Shown piece by piece: positions 12,800 through 25,200 of a stretch of 64,000 nt of DNA. The DNA is taken from contig NC_092679.1 in the NCBI RefSeq assembly GCF_964355755.1, positions 6,478,201 through 6,542,200 on the forward strand. The letters are read 5' to 3'. The stretch comes from Antedon mediterranea (taxonomy: Eukaryota > Animalia > Echinodermata). The position numbers and the translations under genes are program-made. A model generated the notes under the pieces. The model searched no databases and was not told where the DNA came from. It saw only the letters and a list, made by a program, of their open reading frames with translations. Within the stretch, counting starts at the first letter, position 1. The number at the start of each line of letters is the position of its first letter.

Positions 12800-13060
12800 A
12801 TTATTGCAGATGCACCAGCAAGACATAAAATTGAAGTTAATTAACCAGATGTCGCACCACTAGTGGCAGAGCTCTTTAACTTCCATTGAATTATTGCAGA
12901 TGCACCAGCAAAACATAAGAATGAAGTTACAAGATTTCACTCCGCTAGTGGCAGAGCTCTTTAACGTCCATTGAATTATTGCAGATGCACCAGCAAGACA
13001 TAAAATTGAAGTTAATTAACCAGATGTCGCACCACTAGTGGCAGAGCTTTTTAACGTCCC
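12713..13060 (+). repeat. Four tandem ~85-93-bp copies of the receptor's C-terminal coding segment (original plus three in the 3' UTR)
   Basis: cagatgcaccagcaa...ctagtggcagagctctttaac(g/t)tccattgaattatt repeated from 12806, 12896 and 12981. Confidence 0.95.
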
Positions 13061-14717
13061 AAGTTGTGAGGCACATGTTAGCCTTCTGTTAGTGTTATAC
13101 ACCAATAATGAAAAAGTTCTATTGCATTAAACAAGTTAATTTTTCATACATAAATCCAACCCAACAAAGTTTCCCCTTAATGGGGGTACAGTATAGGTGT
13201 GTTCCCTGAAGGGGTTGTCCTTCATGGTACTGTATACCATATTTCCCCTCATTTTTTCATGGGAAGTGATCTTAATAGAGTCCTCTGAATAAAGGGATTT
13301 CCACGGATGGATTCTACGTATGTTTAAATTCTATTGAAATTATGCTGAACAAACTCAAAATGCCATGCACCTTTAAAGCCTTTTAACTGTATTCAAAAGA
13401 TGAAATTGTAGGCTCGAAATTACCAATTCATTAGTAAAGTTGAATAAGCATAATAGATATATATTCTTTATAGTTTACAGTCTGTGAGTCTGTTATTCTT
13501 TTTCTTTTGTTCAGATGTTGCTCAGTTTTCTTTGTGTGTTATGCCACATTTTTGCTCAGTTTGCACAACAGACTGAGACCCTCACAGGGGGTATAATTGT
13601 GCACAATATGGAATCCTTTTATACTAGACTAATATAACCAGGGAGCTCCCTGAATATAACAGTCTAGTATTCATTATGAGTAGTAATTTACTGTAGGTTT
13701 TTAATTGGGAACCTTTTGTTTTCAAAATTGTAATTACATAAATAAGATTCGTTAAGCGCATATGTGTTTGTAGAATGACAGCTTCATCTGCAAGACTGTT
13801 TTCAGGCCATACAAATGCATCTCACTGTAGTAGAGAACTGTTGCCTTGATTGGTGTATTTGTGCATTTTGAAATAATGTGTGGTGATTGATGGCTAAAAT
13901 AACTTTACAAAATATTCATTACTTGCCATATGTTAAATGTTGTAAATAAGATTATTTGATTGATTATTGATCAATTATGGTACACTAATTTGTGATTTCT
14001 TTTACCACAGGAATTTAGCAGCTTTTTTTTTAAATGATGTTTTTCCTTAATATATATTTAGATTCAAAAGAATGTTTAAATACTAGAATTAAAAAAAATT
14101 GGAGATGAAATTCCATTTATGATGTTTAAATAAACTTGTATTACTAACTACTTTTAGTAATTGCATTCCACTTTTGTGCAATTTACAACTCAATTTATTA
14201 AAATTGTTTAACCAGGGTGATTTAAAATCATTGTTTTTGAAGTTTTTTTCAATCAATTCTAGGGGAAAAATATTTAAATAATTTTATTTCATAATTACAT
14301 TTGCACCAAATTCAATTTATGTTTTTTAGTAGTAGTACAGTAGATTGGCAAAATATGATGACGGTCACAGGAATTTTTTCCCCTGTGGTCTGAATTCTTT
14401 ATCAGTGTCAGATTTAATTTGGCAAATGATGAGAAATTCAAGTGACCATATTTTCCTTGTCTTGATTGGTGGAGTAATCATAGATAACATTATTCGTAAT
14501 GACAACCACTTAGTTTGTCATTCTCACAATGCCTTGCTGCACTAGTTACTCAGGTGCGTTCAAGTGTGTCACTGTCCACAGTTTTGATGCCTTAACATGT
14601 TTTTTAATATTAAGGCATAGTTTAAGTACAGAATATGTTATTGTATTGAATAGAACTGAAATTTTGATATAAGTACTGTATTGTTGAATTTAAAAGATTT
14701 TGTAATCAAAATGACGA

Positions 14718-14899
14718 CCGATTCTCGGTACTGCATCTAAATTTGTCCAGTGTCCCACATGTGTTGCCTGTATCATCTAATATAACCTTCCATTATAACA
14801 GCAACACATGTTATACATATGAGATGGTGTATTGAGGAAATTGGCTATGGTACTGGGCAAATATTTTCATATGTGAAGATACAGCACCGAGAATCAGGT
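14718..14899. mobile_element. MITE-like element, with a related degenerate copy at ~22690-22880
   Basis: Inverted ends gattctcggtactgcatc / gatacagcaccgagaatc. Confidence 0.6.
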
Positions 14900-16340
14900 G
14901 AAAAATGTTAATGATGTGTGTGAACTATATGGATCGTTAAGGGTAATTAAATTTATTTAAGAAAAGATGATAAAATGGATATTACCTCTTGAAATTACTG
15001 TACAGAAATATTTGCAATTGTACAGTTTACGGTTGACTATTGTTAGGATATGAAATACGAAATAATCATAAATGAAGTACAGTAAATATGAATTTTTTTT
15101 AAGAATCTCATCTGATCAGCCTCAATTTTCTAAAATAATTGATCAATTTTTGATCACATTTTTAAAAAAAACACTGAATATTTACTATTCTGGGGAATCT
15201 ATATTCCATTCTTGTAGAAGACACCTCGTAAACTTTTGCTTGTACGACTTTCGTGTTTTCTTGAAATTGTCTTTTTTTTTTTGTAATAATATTGCTATGC
15301 AAGTACTACATGTTGCTTTGTTAAAACTACCAGCATTCCATATGGTTAAAAAAAAACCAAATAAGTTATAATCGGGGGCAGATCCAGGGAAGGGGTACAC
15401 ACTTCCCCTTTGACAGTTAAAATGAATTATATGTAAGCACTCCTCTGGATGTGCCCCTAATAATGAAAAAAAGAATTAAAAGGCCTTAAATTTTGCATAT
15501 TGAATTGTATAGACAGTAATATTGTTATATATATATATATATGATACAAGTTCTATATACTGTGTATGTTTCACTTGTGTTTTTGTAATCACATTACATT
15601 CAACTTCTGAATAATTCAAAACACTATTTTTTTTCCTCAGAATTTAGTGAATAAAAATAAAAATTTAAATAATTTTATTTATTATTGATACTGTTTTTTG
15701 GGATTCTTTCTGTATCTATGTCGTAAGTTTGCTGTTTGCTCTCAAAACAATATTGGCCTACAGTGAATAATTGATACTAAAGAAAATTTGTACAATGTTC
15801 CGAAATACCGCAAACTATTGAAAAGTATCTAAATTTAATATATGGTGTCATGTTAAAATTATTGTTGTGGTTTGCATGTATAACTAGTTTATTTTATTAT
15901 TTCTTATTTCATATTTTTTGGTAGCTTTTAACATTCAGTTCCATCAAGATATATAAATCAGTATATTTTTATATCGTATATAACTTGATCATAGAGCTAA
16001 ACCATTGTTAAATACAAAGTATATATTTATTATTATAATATTCACAATGTCAGGTTATGTGTATAATTAAGAGCTTGCCTAACTAAAATTATGCAATCAT
16101 AAAAACATTTTTATTGTGGCAATTACCCAAAAAAAAAAATCAAAGCTATTATGATGTAGTATATGAGTTCAAAGAGTATATAAATAAACTTTATTATAAA
16201 CTCTTTTCTTATAATATGGGACCATGTCAGAATCATTCTAGGAAGGAACCAAAACCATACATACATAATTAGGTGGTAATGCACTTTTGCACCACAATCT
16301 CTTGAGCTTGCCTGATTTAAAAACATTCACCTGACGGTGA

Positions 16341-16476
16341 AGCTTGGTTCCCACTAGCGACGCAGCGCAATGATGTAACGTAAGTGATTTGACCAATCAC
16401 AAGCCATGGATTACCCAAACAGTCGCTTGTCATTGGTCAGCTCGCTTTCGTTGCGTCTCTAGTGGGAACCATGCTT
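16341..16476. mobile_element. MITE family B (Harbinger-type)
   Basis: TIR AGCTTGGTTCCCACTAG / CTAGTGGGAACCATGCT with internal gaccaatcacaagc..gcttgtcattggtc. Same family as 30721-31537. Confidence 0.8.
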
Positions 16477-17447
16477 ATGTGACCATGAAGTCTTATGCCC
16501 AGTTTTAGGTGCGAAAGTGCAGTAACTCCCATAAGTGCAGTAACTGCAGAAGAATCATTTTGACATTGTCCCTAAAGCTCTGTCTACACTATCAAACTAG
16601 ACAAAATAAGTGTGATGTGCCCAAATATGTATGGTAGTGATATGACATCATCGTTTTCATATATGGGCACATCACATTTTTTTGTCTCACCACATTTTTT
16701 TGTGGCATAAAGTTTGATATTGTAGACAGAGCTTAATAGTGCTAATATATGAATATAGATCAGAAAATCACAAACACAATGTTATGACAATAGGAGTTGC
16801 TGAAAAACTTGTTGTTGACCAATTTTTGGGATTTCTTAAATTTTATATGTTTTGAAAAAATGTTTCTATCCATTCTAACTATTATCAGGAAGATATTTAT
16901 TTTACATCTCCTTGGTATCACAATATCTAGATTAATTTCTTTATTTTTTAAAGCTTTTTATATGATCAGCAATAATAATTGAATAAAATCACAATTTTTG
17001 TAATTGTGCGTTTGGCAAAAATGCTATGTAAATGTGAAGTTGAGCATAGATAAAATGAAAAATGATATATATTTTCCATGGTTTGAGTAAAACCCCTTTT
17101 CCACTAGATGAATTTGTTCATGCGAATTGTTCTGACTAATGGCTGCGTATTTCATATTTTCATCTAGTGTTTGTGACCAAAAATGCACAACCAATCAGAA
17201 CTCGGGTAGGTTTCGATTTGCACAAATATATTGACTTTCGATTTGCACCAATATATTGACTAGTGGAAAACAGGCTTTAGAAAGTACTTGTATTATATGA
17301 TGTAATCAGTATTGTATTTATTGAAATGATATGTACTTTATTGATTTTGTTGTAATTGGCGCTAGTGATTGGTGAATAAAATGAAAGGAAAATAGCATGC
17401 CTTTATTTCTTCTTAAGCTCTGTCTTTATTGTTATTATTGACTGGTA

Positions 17448-17578
17448 TATCTTTATTCAAAAATGAAAACAACAAATTTACAAAAAAAAAATTAATAAAA
17501 TGTAGCAGCATATAGGGACGCATGCGTCCCAAGCTGAATTGCATTTCATGATAACATTAAAATAAGTGATTACAATTT

Positions 17579-17609
<31 letters not shown>

Positions 17610-18021
17610 GGGCGCAACTCGCATATTAAATTCGTTGATTAAGTTAATCAAATAAGGTAGAGGACTGTTACTATGACGCACTGTATTACAATTGACATTG
17701 CGAATCCTGTCGGCATTGCGGGTGTTGTATTTGTGCACAACATTACCCCTGGAAGGAAGAAGTGAGAACAATTTAGACTGAGGATTCAAGATGGATTTAG
17801 CAAAGGCAATACATAGGTCCTGACGCCTGTGACTCAGACCATCCAGGCGCAACGTGACCAAAGCATTGTCATAACCAGTGTAATTCCTACCCAAAACAAT
17901 TCTACACGCACGTTTCTGGACCCGTTCGATTGCATTAATGTGATCAATTGTAAGACCACCATTCCAAATGGGTACCGCATATTCTAAAACTGGTCGTACC
18001 GCACCTACATACACTGACATC
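17448..18021 (-). mobile_element. 5'-truncated LINE (CR1/L2-group): C-terminus of ORF2 plus 3' UTR
   Basis: YVGAVRPVLEYAVPIW..IERVQKRACRIVLG..Y..AL..L.L..L..RR motif. The 3' UTR has CAATTCAGC..GCTG enclosing the palindrome GGGACGCATGCGTCCC, followed by AATAAA. Confidence 0.9.
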
Positions 18022-18885
18022 TTCTTTATCTGTCAAAAACAAATGTAATGTACCCAGATATGGACAAGCTTATGTCATATTATTACCATATTTGGGCATA
18101 TCACTACCATATTTGGATATATCACACCTTTTTTGGTCAAACTAGTTTGCTTTAGATAAGTTGTCTGAAAAAAATCAACCAAATATGGGCCTGTTTCATC
18201 TTCATCATGTGTAATCCAAGAATGTCGCCATCTACAGTTTGTCAAATTGTAAGTTCAGTGGAGGAAATATTTCCTCCATGATATTCGGATCAAAATTTTC
18301 ATTAGTTTTTTATGTAGGACAAAAATAATGGAGTAATTTGAGGCCACCAATATTTGATGTTGCCATTTATTTTACGTAAATATTTGTTATTCATTGTACA
18401 GAATTTATATTTCTGTATCTACATAGTCTCTGTTATGCCTTCCAAATCGCTAGAAATACAATAAGGGATAAATTAACAGTTTGTTTGTTTATTTGTTTCC
18501 TGTTTTTTAAATATTTTTTTTGTAGTATGTATTATAATTCAGCTTTTTTTTTCAGGTTTTATACTAGGATCTAAAAAATAAAGTTTGTTTTGTCAAGAAA
18601 ATTGGGCTATCAAATATCTCTCCGACCGTGGCAACCCTTTTATATTAAGTCTCGTCTTTTTCTCACGTACTGTACTAACTGTATTTTGTTGACAGCAGAC
18701 GATCTCACGACATATGATGTAGTAGTGGTATTATTCGTTCCAGTTTTACTATTAAAATACTGACGTACTGCGAAGATACAACCGTTATATTAGGCTAATA
18801 TTTGTCTATAATATCCGTGGAGTAATTTATAACAAGACAACTAATATCTGAAAGAATTTATGCGATCTCGTTCTTTAGGCCTTAA

Positions 18886-19215
<330 letters not shown>

Positions 19216-19605
19216 TGATTATTACTTCCAAAGAACTTTCTTTGGTACTTCGTATAATTTTCTGACCCCATGGCCAACATGTTTTGTATGATTCTTTTGT
19301 GTTTGATTTAAAAAATAATATAATTTTTGTAGAATCAATAACTGTAATTAATTAATTAAACTGTATATATATTATATTGTTTTTTTTACTGTTATGTTGT
19401 TGTCTTTCAGTTTCAATTTTTTTTAAATGCATTTTATTTATTTATTATTTAGGGCCTATATTAAAATCAACAATTTTAAGTTTTTTCAATGATACTTTTA
19501 TAAAATTGCCTTTACAAAATCTTAAATTGTTTTGTGTTTATAAAAATTGTGCAGGTAGTGATTTGCATTTTTGTTATCTACATTCAATAAATACTGAGCA
19601 TATAC

Positions 19606-20250
19606 TATGGAAGGCAATCACCGCCAAAAATACAATTACAAACATACAATATATTCTTGGAAATATACTGTACAACGTACACGCAGAAACGTACAACGTA
19701 CTCGCAGATACGTTTAACGTACTCGCAGAAACGTTTAACGTACTCGCAGATACGTTTAACGTACTCGCAGAAACGTTTAACGTACTCACAGATACGTTTA
19801 ACGTACTCGCAGAAACGTACAACGTACTCGCAGAAACGTACAACGTACTCGCAGAAACATACAACGTACTCGCAGAAACATACAATGTACTTGAAGAAAA
19901 AGACAACAAAAAGACACAAAAACGTACAACGTGTTCGCTGAAACAGACAAACACAAAAACATACAACGAAGTCGCGAAAATGAATGCGCAGAAAATATGG
20001 ATTTTAGGATGAAAATAGTATAATATTCAATCAAGCATTTCAAAGATAAAGATTTTTGTGAATGTCTTTTTTTGTTGTCCTTTTCTTCAAGTACGTTGTA
20101 TGTTTCTGCGAGTACGTTGTACGTTTCTGCGAGTACGTTGTACCTTTCTGCAAGTACGTTGTACGTTTCTGCGAGTACGTTTCTATATTTCCACGAATAC
20201 AGTATATTGTATGTTCGTAATTGTATTTTTGGCGGTGATTGCCTTCCATA
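19606..20250. mobile_element. IS3EU-like non-autonomous element with internal 21-bp repeats in both arms
   Basis: Termini TATGG...CCATA, TIR tatggaaggcaatcaccgccaaaaatacaattac, flanks ATATAC/ATACAC (6 bp, 1 mismatch), and arrays of aacgtactcgcagaaacgtac. Confidence 0.75.
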
Positions 20251-21950
20251 ATACACTGACTCTATGAAGTGAGTTCACTATAACATCTATGGGCCTATAT
20301 TAAAATTAACAATTTTAAGCTTTTTCAATGATACTTTTATCAAATCTTGTTGGAATTTATAAAAATTGTGCAGGTACTGATTTCCATATCATTTTTTTGT
20401 TATCTAAAATAGATACTAAATATATAACATCTATAGTCTAGAGCAAATAATGGATTAAATGGATTATTAAATAGATTATTGTAAATTATTAGGTGAATAA
20501 CCCCCGATATCATTAGTTTCAATACAGTAAACATATCTGTATCTGCTACTTATTGTTGAATGCTTGAGTAAAGAATAATTTAATTAATATTAATATTCTC
20601 AAGGTTAACGTTATGTAAAAGCTTTAAAAAATCTTTAGTTGGACATGGACATACTGTACACTATCATATAATATTATCTCGCTTAATTCCTGAGGCATCT
20701 AGATCTTATGTTAATATTTCAAAACTTCCACTCTGTTTAATTTTTAAAATCTTCAGTTGTTATTTAAATCAAAAATAATAATGTCTATAGGCTATTGAGA
20801 ACTTCTTTATTAGGTGTTCAATTCAAATTGGTCTTAAATTTTCACTAACATACCTGCCAGCAACAAGTTTGCTTTTACAAGGATTGATTGATTAATTTCA
20901 TTTATTTTAATCACCTCTGATCTGTTTAATTTAAGTTTTTAATGAGCTGATGTTACTAATTAAAAGTACCATTATTAATGGAAACTCACAATTCATTATG
21001 TCATTTAAAAACTCAACTACTGTACAGTTCACCATTCTTGCCTATGTTAGTCAAACTTTTCCAAAAACCAGGCCTCTAAATGTTTATACTGTAGTACAGT
21101 ACACTATTCTGAACTACTGTATCTTTATATGCTGTTAAACATACTGCTCCATACATATACAGTACGACTGTTACCACTCATGTATTAGGCCATTGGTATA
21201 AATTACTGTAGATGAAAAAAAAAAATGTCACTGTCAATAATAACCCACGCATTAGTACGGTAATTATAAATTATTACTATTATGATTCATCATCGTTTAA
21301 ACGCAGGGTTGTTAGCTTGTGTCGTTAAAATGTGTGTATTTTGTATAGCTGTGTCTCGTCAACATGCATATTTATTGCATCCCTTATTTACATATGATTT
21401 ACTGTAAGTACAAACTTACATTCAAAATGCTACAGTAAAGGCAACCAGTAAATGGACTTTACTGTATTGGGGAAAGTGTTGGAATTCGAATGCACTGTTT
21501 CCTTTAAAATTGAAAAGAAAAGCTGTAATTCATAAAATAAATTGAAAAAAATAATTTTTATTTTTATAATAATTACATAATAAATGATAAAATGTATGCA
21601 CAAATTACTCAATATTTGATGGGGAGGAAGTTGTTATTTAAAAAGGCTTCAAATTAAGACACACCCAAATAAAGTAAATATTAACTTATACCTGTTTATA
21701 TAGATTTTTTTAATGATCTGTTCAAAAACAAAAGTTTTACTTCATTTTTACAGTCGACTCTACAACACTTTAATTCAATTACAGGTAGTTAAGTTAGTTT
21801 GTCCATACAGTACTTACTACTCTGTAGAGTGAAAAACACAGAAAGTTGTTTTCATTAGATAAAATACTGGGATATCAAAGTGGACACGCCTTTACTGTAC
21901 TGCTTTGCTAACTGTAATATAAGGCCTTCACTCCCATCCCTCAATACCTG

Positions 21951-22297
21951 GGACGGGTTGCTATAAAACAGTCTTAACTGATTGTCTTAACTCCCGGATT
22001 AAAGCCGGCTTTATCAGATAGAAGGTCTTACTAAAGTCAGACCTGTTAAACCATTGCTATAACACAGTCTTAGCTACAGACTGCGTACAGCATACTTTAC
22101 GCGTAGAACACCAAATAAGGTAATGTTCATCACGCTTGTTTAAATCGCCAGAAAAAACTTATTTACAACAGTAGTAATTTTAAAGACCGTTTACAGGTTA
22201 GACCTCGGTATAGCAATAGTCTATAATAAAGACTACTTGCTACGCCATGAATTGTAGCCGGCTAAGCTGTTTATAGACCGCTTTTAGCAATCCGCCC
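21951..22297. mobile_element. PIF/Harbinger-type MITE
   Basis: TIR GGACGGGTTGCTA / TAGCAATCCGCCC with a CTG duplication on both sides. Confidence 0.7.
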
Positions 22298-25200
22298 CTG
22301 TAATATAGTAGCCCTACTGTTTTCCACCCTTTTAACTACCCATCCTAAATACAGGTACAGTAGCCTTCTTTAACATGTACATATCCTTTGATAATTTGAT
22401 ACTGTAGTTGTATACCAAATTCAAATGTTCACCTCAACTCAAGACACTGCATTGAATACATACATTTTTAATTGGTTGGGATTGTTGCCACCTGTCTCTA
22501 AATGTTTATGTCATTTGTATACATTCTTCTTGTACAGTAAAATACAATGACAATATTGTTTAAACCTATAAATATTGAATGAATATACATAATCAAATTG
22601 AGAAAAAACCATACAGTTAAGAAAAATGTCCTAATGTACAGTATTATGTAATTGTCTTGCCTTTATACCAAACTACCACCACCAGAATCTCTAAATTTCC
22701 CCAGTCTCATAGGAAAATTCTATAATATAGCATCACATGTTCACTTTGGTACTGTATCATAGATCCACACCTAACCTTCCATGATACTGGCATCACATGT
22801 GATAAAACATATCGTGGTGTATTATGGAATTTTTCTATGATATTGGGCATTATTGTATTTGGACAGCATCACTGAGAATAAGATCAATCTAGACTAAAGC
22901 CTGGGGTAGTATACTTCTGTGGTACTGTAGATCCAAGATTTTTAAATAGCATGGGAGGTTGGTTGGATTTCTTATATTCCCCATCTTCTATTCTATTAAA
23001 AAACAGAATCTTCCATAAATTAACCTCATCATGGACCACCAGTACTTAGCGACATAAAATGAAATGGCAATTCCAATTTTATCTTACAGACATCAACGAT
23101 ATCTCAGTGATATTTACAGTTTGATTCAAGACCGATTTGAACCCACCTTTTTACTACGGTTGAATGGAGAGAGAGAAAAAACAAAACAAAATTGTCTAAG
23201 AATTACGGTAGACGAGACAGACTTTGAAATGGACCTATTGTTTTTGTGGTACTTTAACTCAATATGGAAATACAGTATAATAATATTAGGTGGCAATATG
23301 TTATGATTTTATACTTTTATCTTTGTAGAAATCCTATATATGTACAGATGTATTAACAAAGATTTGTCTTTTTAGTGTGGGAATTTTGGTCCAACTTTAT
23401 ATTTAATCACGGAAGAATATATTAATGCCTGTTTGTTGACAGTACAGCCAAGTACTGTATATATCAAATATTGTCTAAGTTACTAACATATATTTGTACA
23501 AGGTTTACTATAGTGATTCAAATGACTATGTTTACATGCATAACAGTATTGAGAGATGGCATACACGATTCTTGATTTCCTCCTCATTTCTTCATAATGG
23601 ATTTATAAATTGTTATCACCGGAATTATTGATTTATACTTTAATGATCTGAAACCATGCTAAGTTTTAAAACGAAGAATTATATATGTATTTGTCTATTT
23701 TTCATTGTATTTATATTAGTGTGTGAATGGGTGTTTTAACAACTCTACTACAAACTTTTTTTTAAAGATCGTATTTTCAAATTCAGCCGCCAAATATTTC
23801 TTAGATATTTTACTATGTAAACATTAACTACTGTATGTACATATTTATTATTAATAATAATATTTATTTGGTCACCAATTAATAAATCAGGAGTGAGAAT
23901 AGGCTAGCCCAAACAGATTATAACACTTGCTCCATATTACAGCAATTAGCAGAATAAAAACAAAAACAATAGTACAGTAATAAAATATTAAGCAATATAC
24001 AGACTCTAATCCACAATAATGTGTGTCCACACACAGTTGAAACTAACATAGTACCATTATACCATGGGAACAATGAGAAGTGTACAGTAACATCCATCAG
24101 ACTTACAGTAGTATTAAACCACGAAAGTGGTCTACTGGTAGAGCGTAAGCTCAAGTGTTTAAGTTCAAGCATTTTCTCATCTTTCTATTATAATTATTAT
24201 ACAATTATATTTTATTTTTGTAAGTTCAATAATTTAGTGATAGTTATTTTATAATAATATTTGTATTGATTATTTATTATAAAATTTATAGTGTACATTT
24301 ATGATTTATTATTTAAGACAGGTAAACAAATATATAGTTAAGTTTATATAACACTAAATTATTTAGACATTTATTACATGGCCACCATGCTTTCAAAATA
24401 TGTTTTTTTAATTAATGTTTTTATGTTAATAACTATGTGCAAAGTCCAACAGACTTGAAGCAGCTTTCTTGTTGAGATGTAACTGTCTACTATATTCACT
24501 GTCTAAAAATTGATCAAATGGTAAAATCTCTAAATTGCACTCCCAAGGTTGTGATGTGTTGTTACATTGTAAGTGCACAAATGGTCTCCTCAATTATTCC
24601 ATTCTTAAATTGATAACCATTAAACTTTAAGCATAGACCAGGGACATACTGTATGTTCACAAATATTTATGGTTGTTTTTGTTGAAGAGAAAATATGAGG
24701 GATTGTATACTAAAACTTCAGCCCGAGACAGTACTGTTTAAAATATTCTGTGGTAGATCTCAATACTATTATAATTTGTTACCAGTATAAGAGGTGGGTT
24801 ATTCATTTCACCACACGACAACCCCGTCCTCTTACATGCACAGTTACTTTAGAATACCACAATTTAAAAAATTGTTATTTTTATACCAGTCTGGTTGCTC
24901 ACAACAAATTAACATAGGTCAGCCAATTCAGTTCCCAATCGACATTGGTCAGTCAATTCACCATCGGTCAGCCATTAGTGTTGGACAGTGTTGTTTCCCT
25001 GACATTCAAATACAATGTGCAAACATAGAAAGCCATTCCAGTCACACTACCAATAATTCAAAATATTTATTTGATATTTTTTATAATATATTTATGTATA
25101 AAGTATTGTGTAATAGGGTTCTTGCCCAAATTATTCTACTGCAGTTGTATTTATTTCACACACTTCACCTTTAGAACGGTGGCGTTCACACTAACTGTGG

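Noticed and set aside
12797-12845. Stop-codon readthrough fusing the receptor to the duplicated AF-2 copies
   Set aside because: The context is TGA-ATT, not a readthrough motif, and the continued frame (IIADAPARHKIEVN*) is out of phase with the AF-2 copies.
19377-20267. Overlapping ORFs with AETYNVL repeats
   Set aside because: They are artefacts of 21-bp repeats in the IS3EU-like element.
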